Positions 26,787 through 44,295 of a stretch of 64,000 nucleotides of DNA are shown piece by piece. The notes under the pieces were generated by a model that had not been told where the DNA came from, searched no databases, and saw only the letters and a list, made by a program, of their open reading frames with translations. How positions within the stretch are numbered: the stretch's first letter is position 1; the number at the start of each line of letters is the position of its first letter. Source of the DNA: Macrostomum lignano (lineage: Eukaryota); assembly GCA_002269645.1 (NCBI GenBank), contig NIVC01000845.1:310001-374000 (forward strand). The letters are read 5' to 3'. The translations under genes and the position numbers were made by a program.

Positions 26787-28228
26787 ACACCGGCTGGCGA
26801 ACTGTCTCACAGGCTGACGCAGCGAAAATTTCTAATTCTCAATTCTTACATTGTTCTGTGAGTTCTGAGGAATTCATTCAGCTTTAAAATACAAAATCCA
26901 TCAATTCAAAAAATGCCCGATGCACAGACTTCGACGGAACTTCATCCGCACCGAGTCGTACTGATCACAACCGGCGCAGGATGTCCTGCTGCTGACGCTG
27001 CATGTGGACACCCTGCCAGCCCTGGTCTCACTTTTAATGATCTCGCAATCGATACTTGATGTTGTTTGCTGTTTTAAGGGTGCACAGAAAATCATCAATA
27101 GTTTGAGACCAGGGATCAGCTTCCAGTTCAGCTGTCTCGACTTACGAGTAAAAAGCCTCGTCCAGACTGGCAGTAAAAATGGATGCGCTAAGTGCATAAG
27201 AACCTGGGGATTAGCCCGGGGATTATCAAAAGCCCGGGGGTAGCCACAGTGACAAAAGTGGTCCATCAGACCCATGACCCATTGAGAAGCGCTGGGCCAT
27301 TAGGCAGCAGCTAGAAAAGCTCCATGATAATGCTTTCAATCCATGCAAAGGGGACCAGCTGGGAGCGGCCAGTGCCACTCTTCCACTCTTCTTGACCGAA
27401 CTCTCTACTAGCTATTTTTTTCTCCAACAGCCTTTTTTCGCTCTCACAATGACTTAAAATCTGAGTCCAAAGCGAGTATAGTTCGATAATCCCTAGTCTC
27501 GAGTTGGCTGACCAGGAGCATTGCCTGTGAGCGGCATGATCTGCACACTCTCGGTCGCCACTCTTTTTGATTGATTATATTTGGATAAATTTTTATACGA
27601 CAGTAATATTTTCTTCAATGATATAATTTTTCGTAAATATGTAAATACCTATAAAAATCATGCCACATTTTTGTGATTTTAACAACCATTATGTATGCAA
27701 ATTGAAAACAAACATAGTTTTACACTCCCATTAATAAGATTTAATAAAGATTTAATACGCTGCTGCTGGAGAGAAAAATGCACTTTCACAATAATATTTT
27801 TGACACAATGAGACAATGTACACGCAGAGGTTAGAGTAAAAAGCCCTATTGAAATATGTGTTTTGTACCTACGAGTCTCCTGCCAAGTATTTATTTTGAC
27901 TACAGGAGGCCAGTGTGCTTTCCGGTATTAAAACGAGAGTTGCACAAACAGCAAGGGCCCAAGTTTAGTGTAGTGCAGGTATGTATTTTATAAATTTCTA
28001 GGAACTTCTACGATATAACTATTAAGTTTTTTGAATCACAAACTTTTCTTCCATACAACATTTCAGATTTTCCCTCAGATTTCTAAAACTTTTCACTCTA
28101 ACGTATAATAGATTATTCTAACTAGTAACTATTTTAACTACTAATATCAGTCAAAGGTAAACCCTGTCCACAGATACTAAAATACCTACAGTAAAACAGC
28201 TTTTTACTTAGTAAAACTGCTTTCTACT

Positions 28229-31200
28229 CACGCCTCCCCTGAAGAGAGAGTTTGGTCAATGAAATATACCCTAAAAAATATTGATTTCCCATGAATCTAT
28301 GACCCAACAGACGTCCAAAAAAGCAATAGTTGAAATCCTATCGCATTGTCTGCATAGTGTACAGGTATGCTAATTAGTACAGTGATTTTTAGTACCAGGT
28401 AGGTACTACAAGAAGAACAAGAAGGTCTGAGAGAACATGGCAACCATCCTGCAGCAACGAAAATGCTAAAACAAGGTAGAATTTACGTTTCTGTTCATTC
28501 TCTGTCACTTATGGTTCATTAATAGTGTTTTTATTACCTGTCCATACCTGTGTACACCTGAAAATTATGTTTTTGCATACTATATTGTGCTGAATTCACA
28601 CCAGGGCGTGTATCTTCACACTTATCATTGTACGAGCGTATTTACATGTATATGCTCATGGCTCAAAATAAATTGAATTCAATATTCTGGCTGCAGACTT
28701 TTCTTTCTGTTTCAATAAGCTATTTGGCCCATAGACATCTCCAGATGATGAGGCAGTCAGAACTAGGAGACAAGTTAATTCCAGTATTTTCTTCAGAACA
28801 AAAAGAAATAGCAAGCAGCAGCTGCTACAGTTTTACTAAACTTTTACTGAAATTAAAGTTACTGTAAGTGAGACAACTAGCTATGAAAATGGAAAGGGTA
28901 TATTTGAGTGAGATACTCTAGGTCGACATTTATAAGCTGAGTGAAAGCGTACAATACACGATTGAGTGTAATATGGGGTGGGGCGATCAATAATTTGGGG
29001 GAATGTATGTATGAGCTACATAAATATGCATGCAATATATTAGACTAATTGAGTGTGCAGGTAGAAATACAAGAACAATAAAAAAATACTGCGACACTGG
29101 CTGCTCCAGAACAATGCCAAACAACAAGCGCTCACATGAAGAAAATCGAAGATGTGTGTGCATCTTGTGCTTTCGGAAGGGAGACCAACCGCTGACAGCC
29201 ACTCTTGAAGCGCTGATTGAATGCCATGTGCTGCCAGGCTTTGCTGACCATCGTGGATTTCTGCCTTTAAGCATCTGCAACTCCTGCAGAATCAAGCTGA
29301 TGTCACAAAGCAGCCCTGCACCAACACCTCTGCCACCAAAAATGCCCTACAAGCAAATTATTACAGATCTGCGCTGTCTTCCGCCACTCACTCGCGAATG
29401 CCCCGATTGCAACTGCTGGGTGTGCCATGTGGGCTCCAGCAGAGCCAACAAGAATGTGGCTGTATATCACCCTTTCATGCCAGATGAGTCTGCTGCTGGT
29501 ATTGCGACGCCACTTGGTCGCCCTCCAAATAAGGCACCTGGGCCGATGGGAGACAGTGTCGTCAAACGCTGTGAGACATGCTCATCGCCAGTGGCACGTG
29601 GATTGAGGCACCAGTGTGGACAGGCGGCAAAACTGCGCTATCTTGATGCCCTAAGCCCCTACTCAAGGGAGCACGTAGCCTGCGGTCTTCTGCGTGAGAA
29701 GCTGGGTGTAGCCACCTCTTCTGGCTCCTTAGCAACTGCAAGCCTGACTTCTGGCACAGGTGGGCGCCCACTCCAAGTTCAAGTGGCTGGTATATCAACT
29801 ACCGAGATTGCGTCAGTCCAGCATAGCACTATGCGAGCTGTAAAGACTGCACTCAACCTCAGCACCAGTCAGACGCTATGTGCGGCTCAAGTGATCAGAG
29901 AAGCGTCCGGCAGCAAAAAGGCCGTGCAGTCTGGGCTGAAAGAGTTTCTGTTTGCTGAAGGTCAGAGTGTCACCAAGTTTTTTACAGCTGAGCAGTGGCA
30001 GTTTTTCCGCAAACAGCCTAATGGACAAGAGTATGTGATCGAACGGTCTGTCATGTTCTGCCGGGATGTATACGCTTTTCTGGCGCATGTCAGTAACTCG
30101 AGAGGCACTGCTGAGATGCACCAGAGAGTGAAACTTGCGATTGATAGAGGAGGCAATTCCTTAAAGGTGTGCATCAGTGTTACCGTGGATGACAGAGGAT
30201 GCACTTTGTCTGCCCAATTTAACCGATTTATGGACTCTGGAGTGAAAAAGATCCTCATCCTGGCCCTTGTTGAGGATGTCAAAGAATGCTACCAGAACGT
30301 TAGTGTACTAATGGCAACCATCGACATCAGCTCCATTAACTTCACGTTGGCCTGCGATTTTAAACTGGCAAACATAACCAGCGGGATCCAGAGCCATTCT
30401 TCATCGCATCCCTGCCTGTACTGTGAGGGCAGGCCTCCATGGGAAGTACCAGCACAAAGGGGGATGCTCGGCTCAATTCGACACCTGGCAAGTGAGTTTC
30501 AGGCAGCTGGTAGACACCAGCCTCTAGCCAAAAACTTTGCCAACTGCGTCTAGCCTCCACTGCTACCTGGGAGCGATTCTGCTGAACTGCTGGACGTGGT
30601 ACCACCGCCAGAGCTGCACATGATGCTTGGCATTGTGAACCGATTGCTTGATGCTCTCAATGCAAGCTAGGGTAGCAACAAGGCCTACGAGTGGGCCTAT
30701 GAAGCAGGCATCTGCAGGCAGCAGTATCATGGAGGTTGCCTGGAGGGCCCAGCGTGCAAAAAGCTCCTTCTGAAGGCGAGTGAGCTGTGGAGCGTGCTGC
30801 CTCCACACCTGAAGCTCTACGCAACAGCACTTCAAGACTTCAATGCTGTGCGCGAAGCTTGCTTTGGCCAAAGTCTGGCAGCTGATTACAGTCTCTACAT
30901 TGCTCGCTTCCAGACGACATGTAGGTACCTCGAGCTTTCAGTTACGCCAAAGATGCACACGCTTTTTGACCATGTGCCAGCGTTCTGCGGCAAGTATGGC
31001 AAGGGGCTTGGCAGCTTTAGTGAACAGGCTGTTGAATCAGCCCACAGTGACTTTGAAGCCACCTGGCAGCGCTATAAGCGCCCCCTAAATCATCCTCAGT
31101 ATAGCACGTGTCTACTGCAATCCATCATAAACTATAATTCATTTCACATCTGAGCCAAATATGTCATAACTTGTAACTTGCAAATTCCAATTTACTACTG

Positions 31201-32107
31201 CCAAGATAACTACAAGTAAACTGTTGAAAAAAGTAGTTAGTAGTTAGTACATTGGTTTTGCTGTTACATTCAATGGTTGTATTTTGACAACCCACTAAAC
31301 TCGTATGTTTGTATTAGGTAAAGCAGAAAGTTGTCGCAGGTTTTAAGGCCTTCTATGAAATGAAGTGCTTGAAGTACATGTAATGGTACTGTATCACAGT
31401 AGCTGGAACTTGAATTTGGGTTTGCTCTACATCAGTCAATGCATGTCTTTTTTATTCTGCAGCACACAAGGCTTCCAGAAATTCTGTAGGCTTATCTTTG
31501 CAAATTGCAAGAACTTTCTGTTTTACTAAATATTGTACTAGCTTTAACAACTATTCTAGCTATTTTACTCTAGTTATTCTACCCGTGTAGTCATTTGCCG
31601 CCAAAATAAGCTTGTAATTCCCAATGACCTCTGCTTATGCTTTCTGTTTTTCTTTTTTCTCTTCAATAGTTACTGGCTTTGTTTTGACTCTCAGTGCCAG
31701 TCTATCGCTGCACTGCTCCAAAAACTTTAAAAAATTGAAAACGTTACTAGGAAAACACAAGCTCCATGTGTAAATTAATCTCAGTCAGGTATGGACAGGT
31801 AATAAAAACACTATTAATGAACCATAAGTGACAGAGAATGAACAGAAACGTAAATTCTACCTTGTTTTAGCATTTTCGTTGCTGCAGGATGGTTGCCATG
31901 TTCTCTCAGACCTTCTTGTTCTTCTTGTAGTACCTACCTGGTACTAAAAATCACTGTACTAATTAGCATACCTGTACACTATGCAGACAATGCGATAGGA
32001 TTTCAACTATTGCTTTTTTGGACGTCTGTTGGGTCATAGATTCATGGGAAATCAATATTTTTTAGGGTATATTTCATTGACCAAACTCTCTCTTCAGGGG
32101 AGGCGTA
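28229..32107 (+). mobile_element. Chapaev (CMC superfamily) DNA transposon, decayed
   Basis: 322-bp TIRs (28229-28550, 31786-32107). Termini CACGCC...GGCGTA (terminal G changed to A relative to the CAC/GTG rule). 4-bp TSD TACT (28225-28228, 32108-32111). Internal transposase gene. Confidence 0.88.
29114..31153 (+). pseudogene. Chapaev transposase with two in-frame TAG stops (30551-30553, 30668-30670)
   Basis: N-terminal Chapa zinc finger H-x7-C-x2-C...P-x2-I-C-x2-C...C-x-C-x2-C (HEENRRCVCILC / PLSICNSC / CNCWVC). Core motifs AIDRGG, CDFKL, PPPELHMMLG, TPKMH..HV, GLGSFSEQAVESAH. Confidence 0.85.
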
Positions 32108-32366
32108 TACTTTTAGTTCAGTAGCAAAGAAGAATACATAAGCTATTTTATAAAAATAAAGTCAGCTGAAAGGACTTTAATAAGTTTAGAAGCCCAAGCT
32201 TGCAGGCGTAAACAACTTGCTAATTGATTCAGCAATAATGTACATTAGCCAGTCCACTGAAATGTACATGGCAGCTTTAGGCTGGAAGTCCGAGAAAGGC
32301 AATAAAAATTGGGGCGGAGCGGGCGGGGGGTAGTGCGGAAAGGCGCAGTTGGATTGTTTTAGCTGG

Positions 32367-32599
32367 TGTAGGCAGCGCCTACTATCGTGTGTGTTGGGGG
32401 GTTGTTAGCGGCTGCGCCGCGTGACTCTGCTAGCTCAACCCTTATGCGTACAATATCAAATGTGCAAGGTGCGACTTTAGCCACCATTCTGACTTAGCTC
32501 AATAATTCAATAAATATACTGTTCGCTATTATTCTCGCCTGCAAGCTTTCGGCAACTATCGACTACAACAAGCAGTCTAGCCTCGTTTCACTCACTACA
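32367..32599 (+). repeat. 5' LTR (233 bp)
   Basis: Matches 36336-36569 with 5 substitutions and 1 indel. Confidence 0.95.
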
Positions 32600-32633
32600 G
32601 TGGCATCGCAAGCAATTGCATCCAGCGCGGGGC

Positions 32634-35600
32634 ATGGCCACAAATTACATCGCTCTACCGCCCCCCCCCGAACCATTTGTCATCTCCGACGACCCTCACA
32701 ACGCTGGCAAGCGTTGGCGCGAATGGGCAGCGCGCTTCACAGACTTTATCGAGGCGTCCGGAGTTGCAAATGAGAACCAGAAGTGCAAGCTGCTCTGCTA
32801 CACTGCCGGAAAGGAGGTCTCTGATATCGTTCGCGAGCTACCAAAGCCTCAGGTTGAAGGCGAAGAGAAGGAGCACACATTGGCCAGCATCTTCGACGGA
32901 CTGAAGCGCCATTTCGACGACAGGAAAAACATCGTTTTTGCGAGATACCAAATTCGCCTGTGCATCCAACAAGCCGGTGAGAAAATCGAGGCCTGGCACA
33001 GCAGACTGCGGGCGGCAGCCGAACCGTGCGAATTCGAAAACTTGAGGGACTCGCTCATCCGGGACCAGCTCGTCGCGACATGCACCTCCGACAAACTGCG
33101 CAGACGGCTGCTCCAAGAAGCAGACATCACGCTTGAGGATGCCCTGCGGAAGGCCAGAGCATTCGAGGCTGCGGAAGAGCAGGCTGCTGAGATGGAGAAG
33201 ACCACCGACGCCCAGGTAGCTAGCCTGGCCAGGAGCAGCAAAACAGCGACAGACAGACGCGGACCCGCCAGCGAACCGAGATCAAAGCCGAGCCAGTTGA
33301 CCACCTGCTACCGATGCGGCGAGCGTGGCCACGCCACCTGCGACGCAGCCAGGGGCAGGATCTGCAATAACTGCGGTAAGCCAAATCACCTGGCCAAGGA
33401 GTGCCGTCAACCGCGCTCAGCCGGCAGCAGAGCCCGGCAGCAGATCCACGCCAACGCAGACTGCACGGTCCCTGACGCCGTCGCCAGCGAAGACGTGTTC
33501 ACCCTGCACAGAAACGGCACCTACCCGGCTGAGGTCTCGCTGAAAGTCCAAGTGGGAAGTCGACAGCTCTCGATGATGATCGACAGCGGTGCCAGCTGCA
33601 GCATTATGAGCAGCCGCACTTTCAAGACGCTCAATCGGCCTCTCCTGCGAACTCTAGAATCAGAAGTCAGAGCCTATATGGCTGCTCTGCACCACTCAAC
33701 ATCTTCGGAATCGCCGACCTGGAAGTTCGCGTCGGAGCAGTCAGCACCGTCGTGCCCTTCCACATCATGGATGGCGATGGTCTCACAATACTCGGTCGCG
33801 ATCCCGCATTCAGGCTCGGAGTTCTCAAAATTCAGCGCCCGGAGTTCAATGCGACGGAAGCCGTGAATTCGAACAGCGACTCGGCGCGTCCGTCGCCACA
33901 GCTTCAGGACATTCTAAACCGGTACAAAGCAGTCTTCGAAGGCATCGGATGCATCAAAGGTGTACAGGTCAGAGTGCAGCTGTCAGACAACGCCGTGCCA
34001 GTCTGCCACGCGCCATCCCGGGTGGCGGCGCACCTGAGAGCAGCCGTGGTGGATGAGCTGAAGGCACTGGAGCGGCAGGACATCATCGAGTCAGTCAAGG
34101 GTCCCAGCGCCTGGGTGGCACGCATGGTCGTGGTGCCCAAGACCGATGGCGGCGTTAGGATCTGCCAAGACCTTCGCGACCTGAACGCCTTTGTGGTCCC
34201 CGAAAAGCAGCAGATTCCGACCCTGGACGAGGTCACCGAGGAGATGTCCGGAGCCAAGCTGTTCAGCGAGCTGGATGTCCGGAAAGCCTTCTACCAGATT
34301 CCGGTGCACGAGGACAGCCGCCATCTCTTCACGTTCAGCACGCCGCTCGGACTGATGCGACTCAAGAGGCTGAGTATGGGCTTCACCAACGCTTCGGAGA
34401 TCCTTCAGCGGGTCATGCTGGGCATCCTCAGCGGCATCGACGGTGTCAGGTGGGTCCACGACGACGTCATCGTCTACGCCGCGGATGCCAAGCAGCACCA
34501 CGACAGACTGGACGCCTGCCTTCACCGCCTCCGCGAATTCGGCATCACGCTGAACAAGGACAAGTGCAAGTTCGCCAAACCGGCTGTTGAATTTCTCCGG
34601 ATGCACCTGTCAGCCAAAGGCATCCAACCAGCTGCTGAGAAAATCCGCGCAATGCAAGACTTCCGACAGCCCGCCAATGTCTCAGAAGTTCGGTCGTTTC
34701 TCGGCACCGCAAACTTTCTGGCGAAATTCATCCCAAGATTCGCCGACGTGTCAGCCCCGCTGCGCCATTTGACCAAGAAGGGCCAGCCATGGGAATGGAC
34801 TGCCAGCCACACTGAGGCATTCAGCACAATCAAGAAGGCCATCGCCGGAGCCGACACGCTGGCGTTCTTCGACCGCAAGCGGCAGACGGAGCTTCTGGTG
34901 GACGCATCTCCCATCGATCTCGGCGCCATCCTCACCCAGAAGCAGCCAGACGGCAGCAGCAGACCCGTGGCCTACGCCAGCCGAGCTCTGTCGCCAGTGG
35001 AGCAGCGCTATGCTCAGATCGAGCGGGAGGCGCTGGCCATCAAGTTTGCCTGCCTGAAGTTCGAGCATTATCTGGCAGGCGACCCGAACTTCACCGTCGT
35101 GACGGACCATCGACCTCTTGTGCCGCTCTTCAAGCCGGGGTCCCGCCCTCCGCCGCGCATCTAGCGGATGGCCCTCCGCATCCAGCACCTCCGCTTCACT
35201 TTGGTGTACCGGCCGGGACCTGCCAATCCGGCCGATCTGCTGAGCCGCCAGCCGCTACCGGAGCTCAGGCCAAACATCGGCGAGGTCATCGATGCGGCAT
35301 TCGTCAGTGCTGTGTCAGCAGGTGCCGTGCCAAAGGGATTCAGCCTTCAGCAGATCCGAGACTCTTCAAGTACTGACACGGAGATCCAGGCTGCGCTCAG
35401 TGCGATCAAAACCGGCAGCTGGAACATGCTCGACCCGGTGCAACGCGCACTCAAGTCCAGCAGCAGCGAACTTTCCGAGAGCGACGGAATTCTGCTCCGC
35501 GGAGATCTCATCGTTGTCCCCGAGTCGCTGCGGAGACCGATACTGCAGCTGGCCCATACGGGACATCTCGGTGCGGACAGAACCCTGAAGCGACTGCAGA

Positions 35601-36217
35601 CCAAAGTCTGGTGGCCAAAGATGCGCAGCGACTGCGAAGTATTCGTCAAGTGCTGTGTCGGTTGCCAAGCAGCGGCCACGCACGTGCACCAGACGCCTTT
35701 GAAGCCGACGGAGATGCCGGACGGACCTTGGCAACTGCTCGGCATGGACTTCTACGGCCCGGTGCAAGGTCAGATGCTGCTGGTCACCACGGACCTGTAC
35801 TCCAAGTACCCGGAAGTCGACATCATGCAGTCAACGACGGCCGGCAACGTGACACCACATCTGAGACGGCTGTTCGGTCGACACGGCATCCCTGCTGAGG
35901 TCATCACGGACAACGGACCGCCCTTTAACTCTGCCGACTTTCGCAGCTTCCTCAGCGGATACGGAGTTCATCATCGGCTCATCTGTCCGCTGCATCCGGA
36001 GTCCAACGGAGCCACCGAGCGTGTCAACCGCAGCATCGGGAAGGTGGTGAAGACTGCTGTCGCTGAAGGTCGGAACTGGAGAGAGGCCCTGGACGACTGG
36101 CTTCTGGCGTTCCGCACAACGCCTCACCGAGCAACTGGGCGGACTCCGGCCGAGCTCCTCATGGGCAGGCCGATCAACGACGGAATCCCAGCCAGCAGAC
36201 ACGCCGAAGTGCTATAA
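32634..36217 (+). pseudogene. gag-pol polyprotein, frameshift at ~33678 and TAG at 35162-35164
   Basis: Two CCHC knuckles (CYRCGERGHATC, CNNCGKPNHLAKEC); protease IDSGAS; RT (ICQDLR, DVRKAFYQ, WVHDD); RNase H (VDAS, EREAL, TDH); integrase (HTGHLG...CVGC, MDFYGP, TDNGP, SNGATER). Confidence 0.92.
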
Positions 36218-36335
36218 GAGTTAAGTATCTGATCCGCATTGCCTGAAGCGGCATAACTCAAGCTGAAGCGGTGTACTTCGTAAACAGTTAATTTTATTTA
36301 GTTCGAAGTTTTTTAATTCCTTTGGGGGGGAGAAG

Positions 36336-36569
36336 TGTAGGCAGCGCCTACTATCGTGTTGTGTTGGGGGGTTGTTAGCGGCTGCGCCGCGTGACTCTGC
36401 TAGCTCAACCCTTATGCGTACAATATCAAATGTACATGGTGCAACTTTAGCCACCATTTTGACTCAGCTCAATAATTCAATAAATATACTGTTCGCTATT
36501 ATTCTCGCCTGCAAGCTTTCGGCAACTATCGACTACAACAAGCAGTCTAGCCTCGTTTCACTCACTACA
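36336..36569 (+). repeat. 3' LTR (234 bp)
   Basis: Follows the polypurine tract; matches the 5' LTR. Confidence 0.95.
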
Positions 36570-37739
36570 GCTGGGTGTAAAGAGCCAATAAATTGAGCCT
36601 TGGCTTTAAAAGTACATTAAAATGCTTCTGTTTAACTTACTACTGAACTGAAAGTAGCTTACACGCAAATGAGCTGAGTGGCCCATCTAGTTATTCTAGT
36701 ATCTGTGACCCCTGTTTAAAGATGGTCTCAGCAATTCGCGTGACAAACTTCGTGACAGGAGACGATCTGGCGACCCGGGTGGATGTGCCTCGACTAGTAA
36801 ATTTCCTGACTCTATATCTGCCTCACTGGCAACATCGAGTAACCGAGTCATCGCTGGTGTATCCGACCAGACAAGTGCCTGTCTGTGGAGCCAAAAGCAT
36901 GGAGGAGGCTCTCGCAGAGACGGAGAGTACTGTAGCCCTATAAATTACAGAGCATAAAATTGCTTCTAAAAATGATTTTTGCCCGTCACAAGCATTGAAA
37001 AATTTATGAAAAACAAAACGAAAGTACTAATGCCTGTCGCATGTATTTAGAAGAATAAAACATAAAAAACAGGGGCGGTATTTATAGCCTGGAATGGTTA
37101 TTACAAGCATGAAGCATTCATGAAAACATTTGAGCAGTATTGATTATTTAGAATGAGAGAAAAGCCTCGCAATGGTCATCCCACTCTGCTGGCTGCGTCT
37201 CTGGCAGTGTCATCTGTTGGTCCGACGAAGGTTTTTACGCCCCCACTCCGCGCACTCACCGGGCTCCGATGGACAGTTTCCGAGCCACCACGGTTGTGGC
37301 TTTGGCGGGTTTGGCTGGTCCTTCGTGTTCTTCCAATATCCATTGCCTGTGTTGCCACAGCTAGCGGCATGGCATGTCTCAACTGCAGCACGGGCCCTGT
37401 GGGAAGGCTCTCGAATCAGATTGCGAATTCCTCCCAACGCTCTTTCAAGCTGGCCATGCGTCGGAATTGATGAATGGTGAGCTCTATGAAGGGCAGACCT
37501 GACCGATGAGCCTCGCCAGATTTGAACCACTTTCGAATACTGATGGTCTGTGTAATCCGACACCAGGGCTGATGCGATAACCATATGAACGCCAAGGTGC
37601 AAAGTACTTTGTTTATAAAGGGTCCAGGACTGCAAACATAATTCATGATATTCAATTCCAACTGTGGGAATCCAATCGCGATTACCACTCGCAATCTTCC
37701 CTTTTGCACCAATCTGCTTTCGGCAGTCCGGCAGTCTCC

Positions 37740-38020
37740 CCGGACAAATTTTCACCATCTACACAGCCGGAGCTTTTGGAAAAATAGATCTCCCGCGATT
37801 CCACGAAAGTGTACAGCAGCAGAGTTGGAGAAGTTGCGCAGAGATCCAAAGCAAAACTACTGGATCTGCTCATTGCATTTTTTAGAAAGGCTATTTGTAA
37901 CCAAATCTCAGGACTCCAAGTCGAGCCGTAAGTGTCCGCATTTGCTAATGCAGCTGAAAAATATCGGCGCTTGAGTTCTGACGCCATACCTAGCATCTTT
38001 CCAAGCGCGCCATCCTACTT
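37740..38020 (+). pseudogene. Degenerate THAP-domain coding relic (P-element/THAP-transposase-like N-terminus)
   Basis: Across frameshifts: PELLEK(W>TAG)I..IPR, WICSLHF, RRLSSDAIPSIFPSAPSYLS, resembling the THAP W...CSxHF...LxxxAVPxIF signature. Confidence 0.55.
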
Positions 38021-40001
38021 GAGCATCCAAATATGCCATCCTACTTGAACAAAACTGTTCCTGAGGAACAGTTCCTTTCCTTTTCTACATTTCCTGCCTT
38101 TCCTACCGATCCTACCTAAACGCTGAGAGGAAAAGACAAAAAATCCTCGAAAGTGATGTCATCGGGGGCTTCCATGATCTACTGGCGTTCGAGCTGTCCA
38201 ACACAAAGGGTTGCAAAATCTATATTTTGCACTAAAGAAACAACAGTTTTGTGAATAATGCAGCTCTAAAGTTCTGAATGTTTTGCGTTCAATGATGCAA
38301 ACCGAATCTTTCTATGACCGTTACTTATAAATTTATGAGTAATAGAAATTAAAAATCATTGCAATTTCCTATATTCATTCACTGCATTCAAATTCGGCTT
38401 TTACCCCTAAACTTGTATGCTGCCTAAACTAGTGTCACTTCCTGTTCCTGGAGAGCGCAGCGATGGATATTCGAATAAGTAATGAAGGTCAACAGATCCC
38501 TAAGAGATCGGATCAGATTTTCATTCGAATCTTATGTGTACGCAGACTGAGCCGCGCAACTTGCAAGATATAATATAATAATTGAGAGAAACAAATTAAC
38601 AGTAACAAGAACTAAACGCGTCTGCAGCTAAGCAATCATTGCATGGTGTCACATGTCAAGACAAACGTTAAATATAAGATGCGGGATTTGCAAGTGCTAC
38701 TGGGTTGGCTCACACAAAAATATTATTAATAATAAAACAACGAATGATGATAACAAAGGCGGCAAAGATAAGCACAGTACAGGACAAGGACTCACGAATA
38801 CGAATATGGCTTTGCCGACAAAATAGTGTATTTTTCACAATTCGAATACGTTCACTTCACATTGGTGAGGACAATTAAATTATCGAGTCGAATGGCTATA
38901 AACGAACAATTCCGGGTTTGAGTATGTACAAATTAGGAACTCGGCGGAGGTCCGGTACAGTATAAAATTAAACAAATTTTGTGCATTTATTCGAAAAACT
39001 ACCAAACTAAAAACACTACTCACGGTAGCATTGACTGATAATACTAATTATATTCTTACTAATGCGCCTTACATTTAAATTATATTATGTTACTTTATTT
39101 TAATTGAAATTAAATGAACTTTAAATTCTAAAAAGGTATGCTGATTGCGACGCTAAAGGCAAAAATTGTCACTGAATAAATGGGAAAATTGAGATTAAGT
39201 GTTTTGAAGTGGCGCAATGGCTTAACTAGGGTACATTTCATTCTCTAAAAATCAGCAACTAAACTGTAGTTTTTTTCGGCATCCCTGACAGATGGTTAGA
39301 CTTACTAAATTTTTCCTTACATAATGAAAAACTAAGTGGATCATTCTACAATAAGGAAACAAACAAAAAAATTAGGCTAGATCAAGCTCATTACCTGTAG
39401 GATATAAAGGAATGGAAAGGGTTCGACCTCAAAATTTCATGTGAACAGCCTCTCAAATGGTAGGTGGCAGCGGGTTGTGCTTGCTGTCCTTGAAAAATAT
39501 ATTGAATTTAATTCACGTTTTATCTTTTTAACTTCAACCTTATGAATGATAGCTTGTAAACAGGAATAATTATTTCTTACTTGTTCATTATTTTTTATAA
39601 ACTAATGCTTTTCATTGATTTTTTGCTATTTAATTTCAATTAAGCTCACCTTGTATTCAAATTTAAATTTATTTACAATATTTTCAAGTCACTATTTTTC
39701 CAACTAATATTTTTGTTAAATTAAAAATCAATCCAAAGATCAATATAGATCTTAATAAATCCTAATAACTCTAATCTTTAGTCTTAAAGATTTTAATAAA
39801 TATGAAAGATTAATATAGAAATTCAACTACAGGAACTACCATAATTTTAGGCCATTTAACCTGCAAGTACCCTCTGCCACCCTGCAAGAGTACAGGGATT
39901 TTGCAAAAAGTATTTTTGTGTTTTTTTACAGTAGCCCAAAATCTCTGTATAGAATGAACATTCTCTACTACTGTTGAAGAGTACTAGCATTGAGGTAATA
40001 G

Positions 40002-44295
<4,294 letters not shown>

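Larger units (their letters stand above)
28169..32310. repeat. Dispersed repeat copy interrupted by the Chapaev element (arms ~28169-28228 and 32108-32310)
   Basis: Joined flanks match 63750-64000 (ACAGATACTAAAATA...GCTTTCTACTTT..AGTTCAGTAGCAAAG...GAGAAAGGCAATAAA). Confidence 0.8.
32367..36569 (+). mobile_element. Ty3/Gypsy LTR retrotransposon (4,203 bp), full-length with disabling mutations
   Basis: TGT...ACA LTRs; 5-bp TSD GCTGG (32362-32366, 36570-36574); PBS-like TGGCATCGC at 32601; PPT GGGGGGGAGAAG at 36324-36335; domain order gag-PR-RT-RH-INT. Confidence 0.95.

Noticed and set aside
26901-27400. Possible hAT transposase remnant on the minus strand (NWKLIPGLKLLMIFCAPLKQQTT)
   Set aside because: Only a vague resemblance; no catalytic motifs, TIRs or TSD found.
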